A stretch of DNA of 64,000 bases from Methanosarcinales archaeon Methan_01 (GTDB lineage Archaea > Halobacteriota > Methanosarcinia > Methanotrichales > Methanotrichaceae): the NCBI GenBank assembly GCA_001602645.1, contig LUYE01000017.1, positions 32,714-96,713 of the forward strand, given 5' to 3'. The position numbers and the translations under genes were made by a program. The notes under the pieces are model-generated. The model was given only the letters and a program-made list of their open reading frames with translations. It was not told where the DNA came from and searched no databases. Positions within the stretch are counted from its first letter, which is position 1, and each line of letters starts with the position of its first letter. Positions 9,910 to 18,187 of this stretch are shown one piece after another.

Positions 9910-10935
9910 TCAGGGCGCTCCGCCCGGAAGCCAGAGCCCCTCCGTCTCCGCCATCCCCGTCATCAGGTTCATGTTCTGGATCGCCTGGCCGGAGGCCCCC
10001 TTCACCAGGTTATCTATCGCCGATACGACGACGATCCGGTCCCCAGAGCCGTCGACCTCGAATCCGATGTCGCAGAAGTTCGACCCCCGGACGGCGCCTA
10101 GGGAGGGGACGGCAGGGACGAGCCGGACGAAGGGCGAGTCCCGGTAGAAATCCTGGTAGATCTTCGATATCTCCCCCTTGTTTGGGATATCCCCGATGAA
10201 CTCCTCCTTCACCAGGAGGTGGGCCGTCGTCAGGATCCCCCGGATGGCGGGGACGACGTGGGGGGTGAAGCTGACCTTGATTCCGGGGGAGAGCCGGCCC
10301 AGCTCCTGATCTATCTCTGCCCGGTGCCGGTGGGTGGTGAGCTTGTAGGCGATGACGTTCTCGGCGAGGTTAGGGTAGTGGCTCGTCTCGGAGGGGCCGA
10401 TCCCCGCCCCGGAGATCCCGGACTTGGAGTCGAAGACGACCCTCTCGGCGAGGCCGGCTCTGACGAGGGGCGCCACCGAGAGGCTCGCCCCCGTCGGGTA
10501 GCATCCGGGGTTTGAGACGAACCCGGCGCCTCGGACCTCCGGGTGTAGCTCCGTCATCCCGAAGACCGCCTCGCGGAAGGCCCTATGCTTCATCCCGTAG
10601 GTCTTCTCGAAGACCTCCAGGGGGAGCCTGTAGTCGGCGGATAGGTCCACCACCTTCGCTCCCGCGTCGAGGAGCTCCGGGACCCAGTCCATCGCCGTCC
10701 CGTGGGGGACGGCGGTGAAGACGACGTCGCACCTCTCGGCGACCTCGGATGCCGAGGGCGATTCGAATTTGAGGGAGGATATCCCCCGCAGATGGGGGTG
10801 GACCTCCCCCACGGGCTTTCCCTCCAGCTTTCTGGAGGTGATGCAGACCGCCTCGGCCCCGGGGTGGAGGCTCAGGAGGCGGAGGAGCTCTCCGCCGGTG
10901 TAGCCGGACCCTCCGACTATTCCTACCGTGATCAT
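9910..10935 (-). CDS. argC: N-acetyl-gamma-glutamyl-phosphate reductase
   Basis: ORF 9910-10983. The family-typical start MITVGIVGGSGYTGGELLRLL is the ATG at 10935. The active-site region SNPGCYPTGASL is present. Confidence 0.93.
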   Translation of the reverse strand: MITVGIVGGSGYTGGELLRLLSLHPGAEAVCITSRKLEGKPVGEVHPHLRGISSLKFESPSASEVAERCDVVFTAVPHGTAMDWVPELLDAGAKVVDLSADYRLPLEVFEKTYGMKHRAFREAVFGMTELHPEVRGAGFVSNPGCYPTGASLSVAPLVRAGLAERVVFDSKSGISGAGIGPSETSHYPNLAENVIAYKLTTHRHRAEIDQELGRLSPGIKVSFTPHVVPAIRGILTTAHLLVKEEFIGDIPNKGEISKIYQDFYRDSPFVRLVPAVPSLGAVRGSNFCDIGFEVDGSGDRIVVVSAIDNLVKGASGQAIQNMNLMTGMAETEGLWLPGGAP

Positions 10936-11069
10936 GGGAGATGGCGAGTACGGTCTGGCATAAAAACGACACGCTGGCGTCAAGCAGGGGGCCAGCTCCC
11001 CGATGAGGAGATGATATTGGCAGCGGAATAACCGGGCCGTAGGAGGGGCGGCTCAAGAAGAGGGTCCCT

Positions 11070-12032
11070 TCATCGAAGGCCGGGGCAGATCCGGTCGGCG
11101 AGGATGGAGAGGTCCGCGGCCACGCCCTCGATCCTCTTCCGATCCTCGAGCCGGGAGAGCCATCTCGCCGGGATCCATTCCGACCCCCGGGCCGCCCCCG
11201 CCAGGGCCCCGGCGATGGAGGCGATGGTATCGGTGTCGCCACCGGCGGAGGCGGCGGCTATCAGCGCCTCCTCCGGCTCGAATCTGATGTAGCAGAAGAA
11301 GGCTGCGGGGACGGTCTCGCTTACCATCGGCGACGTCCCCATCTCCGCCAGCGCCTCCCCCGGATCGAGGTCCAGAAGCTCCTTCGCCAAGAGAAGCCTC
11401 CTGCCGAACTCCCGATCTACCCTCTCGGAGGCGGAGGCGGCCATCTCCAGGACCCTGATGGGGGCGAATCCCAGGAGGGAGAGGGCGACCCCCACGGCGA
11501 CGGCGACCGACCCCGCCCTCGCTGCGGCTGAACAGTGAGTCGGAAGGCTTTGGAGGTCGGCGTACCGGGCGACGAGGTCGAGGCTGCAGCGGTAGACTAG
11601 GCCTATAGGCGCCGCCCTCATCGCCGAGCCGCAGGTCGGGGTCGCCACCCCCGCCTCCCGCCAGGTTCGGCCTCCCAGGAGCTCCTCGATCGCCGTCTTG
11701 CTCGTCCACCCGACCCCACGGTTCATCCTCGGATCGGCGGTCCAGCACCGGCCCCAGAGGGCGAGCTTCGAGGCGAACCTCTCGACGTCGAAGGATCCGG
11801 CCTCGATGAGGGTCTCCGCCAGAATGAGGGTCTGCTCGGTGTCGTCGGTGTATTGCCCCGGAGAGAGGCCGGAGTGGAAGTGGTCGGCGGCGGGGGCGAT
11901 CATATCCCGCACCTCGCCGGTGCCAGCCCGGATCTCCTCCGCGGTCATCCCCTCGACGGGCATCCCCAGGGCGTCGCCGACGGCAAGGCCGAGCATGCAG
12001 CCGCAAAATCGGTCCAAGAGCTCTCCTGCCAT
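11070..12032 (-). CDS. ADP-ribosylglycohydrolase family protein
   Basis: 320-aa ORF. The N-terminal DRFCGCMLGLAVGDALGMPVEG, then YTDDTEQTL, and the C-terminal GGDTDTIASIAGALAGA are hallmark ARH motifs. Confidence 0.85.
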   Translation of the reverse strand: MAGELLDRFCGCMLGLAVGDALGMPVEGMTAEEIRAGTGEVRDMIAPAADHFHSGLSPGQYTDDTEQTLILAETLIEAGSFDVERFASKLALWGRCWTADPRMNRGVGWTSKTAIEELLGGRTWREAGVATPTCGSAMRAAPIGLVYRCSLDLVARYADLQSLPTHCSAAARAGSVAVAVGVALSLLGFAPIRVLEMAASASERVDREFGRRLLLAKELLDLDPGEALAEMGTSPMVSETVPAAFFCYIRFEPEEALIAAASAGGDTDTIASIAGALAGAARGSEWIPARWLSRLEDRKRIEGVAADLSILADRICPGLR

Positions 12033-12156
12033 ATCGATGAGAAGGGAGCCCCGGGACTAAATAGTCGTCGGGGATGGGCCTGCTTTCCGGAAGGGGATGG
12101 ATCGAGAATGATATATAAAAAGGACGGATATAAGGAGAGAGGAGATGGGCCGAAGG

Positions 12157-12795
12157 TCACTCCGGTATCGTCCGGTCGAGGCTCTGCCTGCTCCTTCTAT
12201 CCGCCGATGGGGTCGGATCTCTCCAATCCCCGCAGCTCTCGCGGTCGAGGATCAGGAGGATTCCGCATCCTACAAGGCACAAGAGACCGGTGAGGATGAA
12301 GGTGGCGGCGAAGCCCGCTATGCTCGCGATGGCGGCGCCGGCGGCTGCGGTGGCTGCGGTCCCCAGGCCCGTGGAGGTGGAATAGACCGACCACTCGAAG
12401 CTCTCCCTCCCGGGGTTCAGGTTCATGCTCCAGAGCCCAACCCACGTGGGGTAAGCGAGACCGCTTCCAATGCCGTAGAGGATCTCCGCCAGGTAAACCT
12501 GGTAGATGTTGTCTATAAATATGTACATCACCGGGACGGCGGCGATGAGGGCCGTTCCCATAATCAGCCATCTCGTCTTCCTCTCACTCCCGTCGATGTA
12601 CCTGGAGAAGGGGAGCTGGACGAGGGACTTGGTCACCAGGAAGAGGGTGCTCGCCACCCCCGCGGTGAAGATCGTCCCCCCGGCCACCCCCTCGTTTATG
12701 AAGATGGCCAGGATCGGCTGGATGAGGCCGAAGCCGGTGAGGACGAAGATGTCCGATATCATGAGGAGCTTTATGGTGCGATTCATATTTTTCAC
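12157..12795 (-). CDS. MFS-like transporter, six-TM half-size or truncated
   Basis: 212-aa ORF with six hydrophobic segments and an MFS motif-A-like loop (PFSRYIDGSERKTRWLIMG). It ends in a hydrophilic tail (DRESCGDWRDPTPSADRR...). Confidence 0.55.
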   Translation of the reverse strand: MKNMNRTIKLLMISDIFVLTGFGLIQPILAIFINEGVAGGTIFTAGVASTLFLVTKSLVQLPFSRYIDGSERKTRWLIMGTALIAAVPVMYIFIDNIYQVYLAEILYGIGSGLAYPTWVGLWSMNLNPGRESFEWSVYSTSTGLGTAATAAAGAAIASIAGFAATFILTGLLCLVGCGILLILDRESCGDWRDPTPSADRRSRQSLDRTIPE

Positions 12796-13552
12796 CTCCT
12801 ATTTTTTAATGCAAACTTTAAGTATAATCTACAGAAGACGGTGCCCCAGATCTCAAAGAGGACCTGATCGGAGAGAAGGCCATATCCAATGGAACGCCGG
12901 ACCAGACTTGGGTGGCGATGGGTTCTGAGATCGAGGAAGATATGAGCAGAGCTAAAAGAGCTCAAAAATGGCGCACTACAAGCCGGAGCGGAGGCTTATA
13001 CAGCGAAGGATCGCCTCGTCGAGCGTCATCATGAAGTTGGGACGAAGGGGTTGCATATATAGATTTCTCTCCATCGAAAAGGAATTATCGGCGGATATAT
13101 TCGGCTCCGGGATAGGTATATTCTCGTGAGATCTGCCCTTTTCAGCCCATCGCCGCCAATAATCCAGCAATATAAGGGATATCCGAGGATGGGTTCTCCC
13201 AAACTCCCTAAGAGCCCATGGCGAGGGCGCTTGCCGCCTCCGGAGGTCAGCCAACCTTGGCGATTCAAGCCCTTCGGCCCTGAGCTTAAAAATGCTGGGA
13301 CGGAGAGGGATGGAGCAATTTTATATTTGGAGGATGGTCTCCCATCCTGGAGGGTTCGGTTCTGGCAGATAAATCTCCCTCTCTGATGAAAGGAAGATCG
13401 GGATACATCAAGGTCGACTTACGAGCTGGAGGGGCGGGGCGAGGCCGACGCCTCCCCTGTAGAGGCCGAAGGCCTCCGGGAGGTGTAAAAAGCCAAGCAC
13501 CATAACATAAAAATTACATTAAACACCTGAAAGCGAGTTATTTTACATCGCA

Positions 13553-13565
13553 TTTAAAAGATATA
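13553..13565 (+). promoter_or_regulatory. Candidate archaeal TATA box upstream of cooS
   Basis: TTTAAAAGATATA lies in an AT-rich tract about 100 nt upstream of the cooS ATG (13666). No experimental support. Other AT-rich candidates exist nearby. Confidence 0.25.
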
Positions 13566-13665
13566 CACCTGATTAAACAACATAAATTCGGAAAAAGCTA
13601 AATAGTTGATAGTGATACCCTTTGTCATACCACTTCGAATCTCCAAGGTCGAGAGAGGTCACAAA

Positions 13666-15543
13666 ATGGCTAAAAACGTCAACGAAAGGAGCATAGATAC
13701 AGCCACCCGGACGATGCTCCTGGAGGCCGATCGGGCGGGGATCGAGACCGCCTGGGACCGTTTCGAAAAACAGCAGCCACAGTGCGGCTTCGGCCAGCTT
13801 GGGGTCTGCTGCAGAAACTGCAACATGGGGCCCTGTCGGATCGACCCCTTCGGCGAGGGGCCCGAGAGGGGCGTCTGTGGAGCCACCGCCGACATCATCG
13901 TCGCCCGAAACCTCCTCCGGATGATCGCCGCCGGGGCGGCGGCCCACTCCGACCATGCCAGGGACGCCGTCATGACCTTCAAGGAGATGGCCGAGGGCAA
14001 AGCAAAAAGCTACCAGATCAAGGACGGAGCGAAGCTAAAGGCCCTCGCCGACGAGTACCACATACCCACCGCAGGTCGGAGCCCCGGAGAAGTGGCGCTA
14101 GAGCTGGCTAACGTCCTCCTCTCGGAGTTCGGAAAGCAGACGGGACCGATCCAGTTCACCCTGCGGGCCCCCGCCAAGAGGCTGTTGGTCTGGGAGAAGG
14201 CCGGAATCGGCCCGAGGGGGATCGACCGGGAGATCGTCGAGTGCATGCACAGAACCCACATCGGTGTAGACAACGATCCGGTCCATCTCCTCCTCCACGG
14301 CCTCCGGACGAGCATCTCCGACGGCTGGGGCGGATCGATGATAGCAACGGACGTCCAAGACGTCCTCTTCGGAACGCCTAAGCCGATCGTATCGGAGTCG
14401 AACCTCGGGGTCTTGAAGGCCGACGAGGTGAACATCATAGTCCATGGCCACGAGCCGATCCTCTCGGAGATGATCGTCGCCGCTGCCGAGGACCCCGAGA
14501 TGATCAACCTCGCAATAGAGATGGGGGCGAAGGGGATCAGCGTAGCTGGAATGTGCTGCACAGGAAACGAAGTTCTGATGCGCCACGGGATCCCGACCGC
14601 CGGAAACTTCCTCCAGCAGGAGCTGGCCGTCATCACCGGTGCCGTCGAGGCGATGGTGGTGGACGTCCAGTGCATCATGCCGGCCCTCGGAAATCTCGCC
14701 GGCTGCTACCACACCAAGTTCATCTCCACATCGCCTAAGGCCGACTTCCCCGGAGCCCTCCGGATGGAGTACCACGAGGAGAAAGCCCTGGAGACGGCTA
14801 GGGAGATCGTCAGGGTCGCCGTCGAGAACTATCCGAACCGGGACCCCAGCAGGGTGAACATACCCAAAGAGAAGAGCGCTTGCATGGTCGGCTTCAGCGC
14901 CGAGGCTATCCTGGGAGCCCTCGGCGGAACGCCCCAGTCCCTCATCGACGCCATAATCTCCGGAGCCGTCAAGGGCGTCGGCGCCGTCGTCGGCTGCAAC
15001 AACGTAAAGATCCAGCACGACTTTGGCCACGTCAACCTCGTTCGGGAGCTGATCAAAAATGACGTCTTGGTCGTGACCACCGGGTGCAACGCCATCGCCT
15101 GCGCCAAGGCCGGACTCCTCAAGCCCGAGGCGGCGAAGGAGGCCGGTCCCGGCCTGCGGTCCGTCTGCGAGGCCCTCGGAGTCCCCCCAGTCCTCCACAT
15201 GGGCTCCTGCGTCGACATCAGCCGGATCCTCGTCCTGGCGGCGGCCCTGGCAAACCACCTCGGAGTCGACATCAGCGACTTGCCGGCTGCGGGGGCCGCC
15301 CCGGAGTGGATGAGCGAGAAGGCGGTCAGCATCGGGGCTTACGTCATAGCCTCCGGGGTCTATACCGTCCTCGGGACGGTCCCGCCGGTCCTCGGAAGCC
15401 CTGAGGTGACGAGCGTCCTGACGAAGGGAGTGGAGGGGGTCGTCGGCGCAGCCTTCGCCGTGGAGCCAGACCCCTTCAAGGCAGCGAAATTGATGATCGG
15501 CAAGATCGAGGAGAAGAGGAGGGGTCTGGGTCTCTCCGCCTAG
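13666..15543 (+). CDS. cooS: Anaerobic Ni,Fe carbon-monoxide dehydrogenase catalytic subunit
   Basis: ORF 13606-15543. The ATG at 13666 (MAKNVNERSID...) follows a purine-rich GAGAGAGG. The N-terminal cluster motifs CGFGQLGVCCRNCNMGPCRI and the later GMCCTGNE, GCNN and MGSCVD segments are typical of CooS. Confidence 0.95.
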   Translation: MAKNVNERSIDTATRTMLLEADRAGIETAWDRFEKQQPQCGFGQLGVCCRNCNMGPCRIDPFGEGPERGVCGATADIIVARNLLRMIAAGAAAHSDHARDAVMTFKEMAEGKAKSYQIKDGAKLKALADEYHIPTAGRSPGEVALELANVLLSEFGKQTGPIQFTLRAPAKRLLVWEKAGIGPRGIDREIVECMHRTHIGVDNDPVHLLLHGLRTSISDGWGGSMIATDVQDVLFGTPKPIVSESNLGVLKADEVNIIVHGHEPILSEMIVAAAEDPEMINLAIEMGAKGISVAGMCCTGNEVLMRHGIPTAGNFLQQELAVITGAVEAMVVDVQCIMPALGNLAGCYHTKFISTSPKADFPGALRMEYHEEKALETAREIVRVAVENYPNRDPSRVNIPKEKSACMVGFSAEAILGALGGTPQSLIDAIISGAVKGVGAVVGCNNVKIQHDFGHVNLVRELIKNDVLVVTTGCNAIACAKAGLLKPEAAKEAGPGLRSVCEALGVPPVLHMGSCVDISRILVLAAALANHLGVDISDLPAAGAAPEWMSEKAVSIGAYVIASGVYTVLGTVPPVLGSPEVTSVLTKGVEGVVGAAFAVEPDPFKAAKLMIGKIEEKRRGLGLSA

Positions 15544-15574
15544 CCCCGGATATCTTTCTAGGAGTTGAAGAAGG

Positions 15575-16090
15575 ATGAAAGAGATCTTGGTAAGGCCTGA
15601 AAGGTGCATGGGGTGTCGCTCCTGCGAGATCGCCTGCGCCGTCGAGCACTCCGGAACAAAGAGCCTCTTTTTGGCCGTTGCCGAGAAGCCTGCTCCGAGA
15701 AAGAGGGTCTACGTCGAATTCGCCCCGGAGCACGCGATCTCGGTTCCCATGGTCTGCCGCCACTGCGAGGACGCGCCTTGCGTCTCGGTCTGTCCTACAG
15801 GAGCCCTCCGCCAGGACGAGGTGACCAGGATCGTCACCCACAACCCCGAGGCCTGCATCGGATGCTGGACCTGTGCGTCGGTCTGCAGCTACGGGATGAT
15901 CGGGAGGAACCGGGAGGAACGGGTGGCGATCAAGTGCGACCGTTGCCCCGACCTGGAGGTCCCCGCCTGCGTCGCCGCCTGTCCGACGGGAGCCCTCGTC
16001 TTCAAAGAGGTGGAGGAGTTCTCCGGGTCGAAGAGGGTCGAGTCCGCCCTGAAGCTGGCGAGGGGGGTAGCCGCCGGCAGCGGCCGGTGA
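15575..16090 (+). CDS. cooF: CooF-type polyferredoxin (4 x [4Fe-4S] motifs)
   Basis: 171-aa ORF. Motifs are CMGCRSCEIAC, CRHCEDAPCVSVCPTGA, CIGCWTCASVC and CDRCPDLEVPACVAACPTGA. It lies 31 nt downstream of cooS. Confidence 0.85.
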   Translation: MKEILVRPERCMGCRSCEIACAVEHSGTKSLFLAVAEKPAPRKRVYVEFAPEHAISVPMVCRHCEDAPCVSVCPTGALRQDEVTRIVTHNPEACIGCWTCASVCSYGMIGRNREERVAIKCDRCPDLEVPACVAACPTGALVFKEVEEFSGSKRVESALKLARGVAAGSGR

Positions 16091-16140
16091 CGGATCGCCC
16101 CGAGACCTCTTTATTGGGATCGATATGAGGCGACGGCCAG

Positions 16141-16656
16141 GTGGTCGACGACGGGGATGCGGCCAGGGTGAGTTTAAGGGGGTTTGATGAATTGGAGATT
16201 TACGTTGATTTGTGGAGGTGCATCTTCTGCCACGCCTGCGAGGTGGCGTGCGAAAGGGTCCACGGAAGCTCTAGGATATCGGTGGAGGCGGTGAAGGACT
16301 GGGCCTCAGTCCCCGTCTCATGCCATCACTGCGAGGCCGCCCCCTGCGCCCTCGTCTGTCCATCCGGAGCCCTAACCCAGGAGGAGGCGGAGGTCGCCTT
16401 TGAGGCCGGAAAGTGCACAAGATGCGGCCTCTGCATAATCGCCTGCCCCTTTGGGGCCGTCGATCTGGACCCCGCCGCCATGGTCCAGAAGTGCGACCTA
16501 TGTCCCGAGAGGGAGGTCCCGCCGTGCATCCTCACCTGTCCTACTGAGGCCCTGGTCTTCGGAGACCGGTTTGAGGCGACGGAGGAGCTGAGGAAGAGGG
16601 CGGCCTCGAGGATAGCTCAATCCTATGCCGCCTCCGTCGGGAGGGAGAGGGCATGA
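16141..16656 (+). CDS. Second CooF-like polyferredoxin
   Basis: 171-aa ORF starting at GTG 16141, with an alternative GTG about 27 nt downstream. Motifs are CIFCHACEVAC, CHHCEAAPCALVCPSGA, CTRCGLCIIACPFGA and CDLCPEREVPPCILTCPTEA. Confidence 0.8.
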   Translation: MVDDGDAARVSLRGFDELEIYVDLWRCIFCHACEVACERVHGSSRISVEAVKDWASVPVSCHHCEAAPCALVCPSGALTQEEAEVAFEAGKCTRCGLCIIACPFGAVDLDPAAMVQKCDLCPEREVPPCILTCPTEALVFGDRFEATEELRKRAASRIAQSYAASVGRERA

Positions 16657-17129
16657 CCGGTACCGAAGAACGCCTCTTGAGGGTCCTCGTCGTCGATGAG
16701 GATGAATGCATCGGATGTCGGGCCTGCTCAAACCTTTGGCCGGAGATATCCGCAGCAGTCGGCCTCTCGGATCGAGGGGCGAAGCGGACGATCCGATTTC
16801 CGAGTTTCCTTGAGGAGTTCGAGGCGAGGATCGCCGAGGCGCTGGCGGAGGCATGCCCGACGGGGGCGATCACCTTCGGACTGGCCGACGAATTGCCCGG
16901 AGAGGATAGCCTCGCCCTCACCTTCGAGATGGTCCGGTGCCGCATCTGCGGAAGGCCCTTCGCCACCAAAAAGGAGATGGAGTACATCCGGGATCGCCTC
17001 CCCGAGCCGGTTCAAGCGAGGGGCTCTGCCGCTTCATGGATGGATCTGTGCACCGGCTGTCGCCAGGCCGTCGGGCGGAACGCTGCGGCGAGGGAGCTGA
17101 TCGTCGCCAGGAGCTGGGCGAGGAGGTGA
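16653..17129 (+). CDS. Single-cluster ferredoxin-like domain fused to a CxxC...CxxC zinc-ribbon-like tail
   Basis: 158-aa ORF whose ATG overlaps the upstream stop (ATGA at 16653-16656). The N-terminal CIGCRACSNLWP...EACPTGAI resembles a one-cluster ferredoxin. The C-terminal VRCRICGRPF...(35 aa)...LCTGCRQ resembles a Zn ribbon. Confidence 0.6.
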   Translation: MTGTEERLLRVLVVDEDECIGCRACSNLWPEISAAVGLSDRGAKRTIRFPSFLEEFEARIAEALAEACPTGAITFGLADELPGEDSLALTFEMVRCRICGRPFATKKEMEYIRDRLPEPVQARGSAASWMDLCTGCRQAVGRNAAARELIVARSWARR

Positions 17130-17230
17130 TTTCGTAAAGATGGCAGTGAGGGGACTTCCCCCACTCTGCCCTGAGGACCTGGCGGCTCATCTATCCAGGG
17201 TGAAGCTCCTCTTCGCCACCTGCCTCTCCT

Positions 17231-17398
17231 TCAATCTCCGACGCCCACCACCCTCAGCCCTTCCAGCCTATCCAGGGCCCGCTGGAGGTTATTGCCCCTC
17301 TCGGCGAAGATGGTGAAGAGGGGGTACCCCTCCTCGATGGCGTCCCCGATCTTCCTAGATGTATCACCACGAGGACCCTCCACTATAAAAAAACCGGA
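17231..17398 (-). pseudogene. Possible relic of the C-terminal domain of a pyrimidine-nucleoside/AMP phosphorylase (or other lipoyl-like hammerhead domain); no start codon
   Basis: A 55-codon open frame bounded by stops reads SGFFIVEGPRGDTSRKIGDAIEEGYPLFTIFAERGNNLQRALDRLEGLRVVGVGD*. The K.GD.V..G.PLFTI.AE pattern is the one I know from PYNP_C domains. There is no in-frame ATG/GTG/TTG and no N-terminal part upstream. Confidence 0.3.
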
Positions 17399-17579
17399 TC
17401 AGATATCGGCGAAGGCCGGGGGGATTCAGAGCTTTGCCTATCGCCGAGGCGCTCTCAAAACTCACAGCCATCGAATGTATTAAAAAGTGGAGAGGTTTTA
17501 CTTCATCCGCTACCAAAAAGTACGCTCAGTTAGGGTATCAGTAGCCCTCAGATCTACAGAAGCATAAAATATAATCGAT

Positions 17580-17939
17580 TTATTTTATGACATTAGCATG
17601 TACAACAAGAGTTGTATTGGATTTCTCACTCCAATTAACTTGGAGACGAAATAAATTTTTACGGCCAAAACGAACTTCCCCTTCAATCATTACCTTATCG
17701 CCGTATTTTGCTCTTCCGGTCCATATCTTATCCCCATCTCTAAATATGACAACATCCCAAGATCCTTGTTGTGGACTTACAATATTTGCTTCGACGATAT
17801 GTTTCCCTGCCGGAACTGTAGTGGGAGCTTTTCTTTCGATGGAGCCGGATCCATTTTGCACGGATATTTGAATGTCTGTAGAAATGCCAACAAGCCCTTC
17901 CCCTGCTCCCAATTCCTTCTCACTCGCCATAATTCCCAC
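17580..17939 (-). CDS. Hypothetical small protein (ORFan) in an AT-rich islet
   Basis: 119-aa ORF, MGIMASEKELGAGEGLVG...VHANVIK, apparently beta-rich, with no signal peptide or recognisable family. The local sequence is clearly AT-rich compared with the flanks. The TATA-like CTATATATATGAG lies about 45 nt upstream on the minus strand. Confidence 0.5.
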   Translation of the reverse strand: MGIMASEKELGAGEGLVGISTDIQISVQNGSGSIERKAPTTVPAGKHIVEANIVSPQQGSWDVVIFRDGDKIWTGRAKYGDKVMIEGEVRFGRKNLFRLQVNWSEKSNTTLVVHANVIK

Positions 17940-18187
17940 CTCAATTATGAGACACTTTAGTTAAGAACTTAATTTTACTCATATATATAGTTTCTGATTT
18001 AATGAACCGAATCCTGTTGAACCAAGCCAGATTTGGAAGTGGTTGATCGTCGTGAGAAGAAGAGACGTTTACCATGCAAAACCATAAGAACTCGATAACA
18101 ATAGCCGCTATCTTACATCCCTTGGCCTTATCTTATTTCGCACTTCATACCCATCCTTATTTACCCATAAAGACCAACTTACCTCCG

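Noticed and set aside
11053-12006. 317-aa minus-strand ORF in a different frame from the ADP-ribosylglycohydrolase gene
   Set aside because: It has Arg/Gly/Pro-rich composition. The frame at 11070-12032 carries all the ARH motifs.
12976-13386. ORFs 12976-13254(-), 13029-13268(-) and 13126-13386(+) in the long region upstream of cooS
   Set aside because: Their composition and codon usage are unlike the surrounding genes. There is no motif or RBS and they overlap one another. I treat the region as non-coding (see the finding for 12796-13665).
14098-15609. 503-aa minus-strand ORF antisense to cooS, plus 14010-14678 and 14829-15332
   Set aside because: It lies fully inside the strongly supported cooS gene. 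It has Arg/Gly/Asp/Pro-rich low-complexity composition typical of antisense frames in high-GC DNA, and no recognisable motifs.
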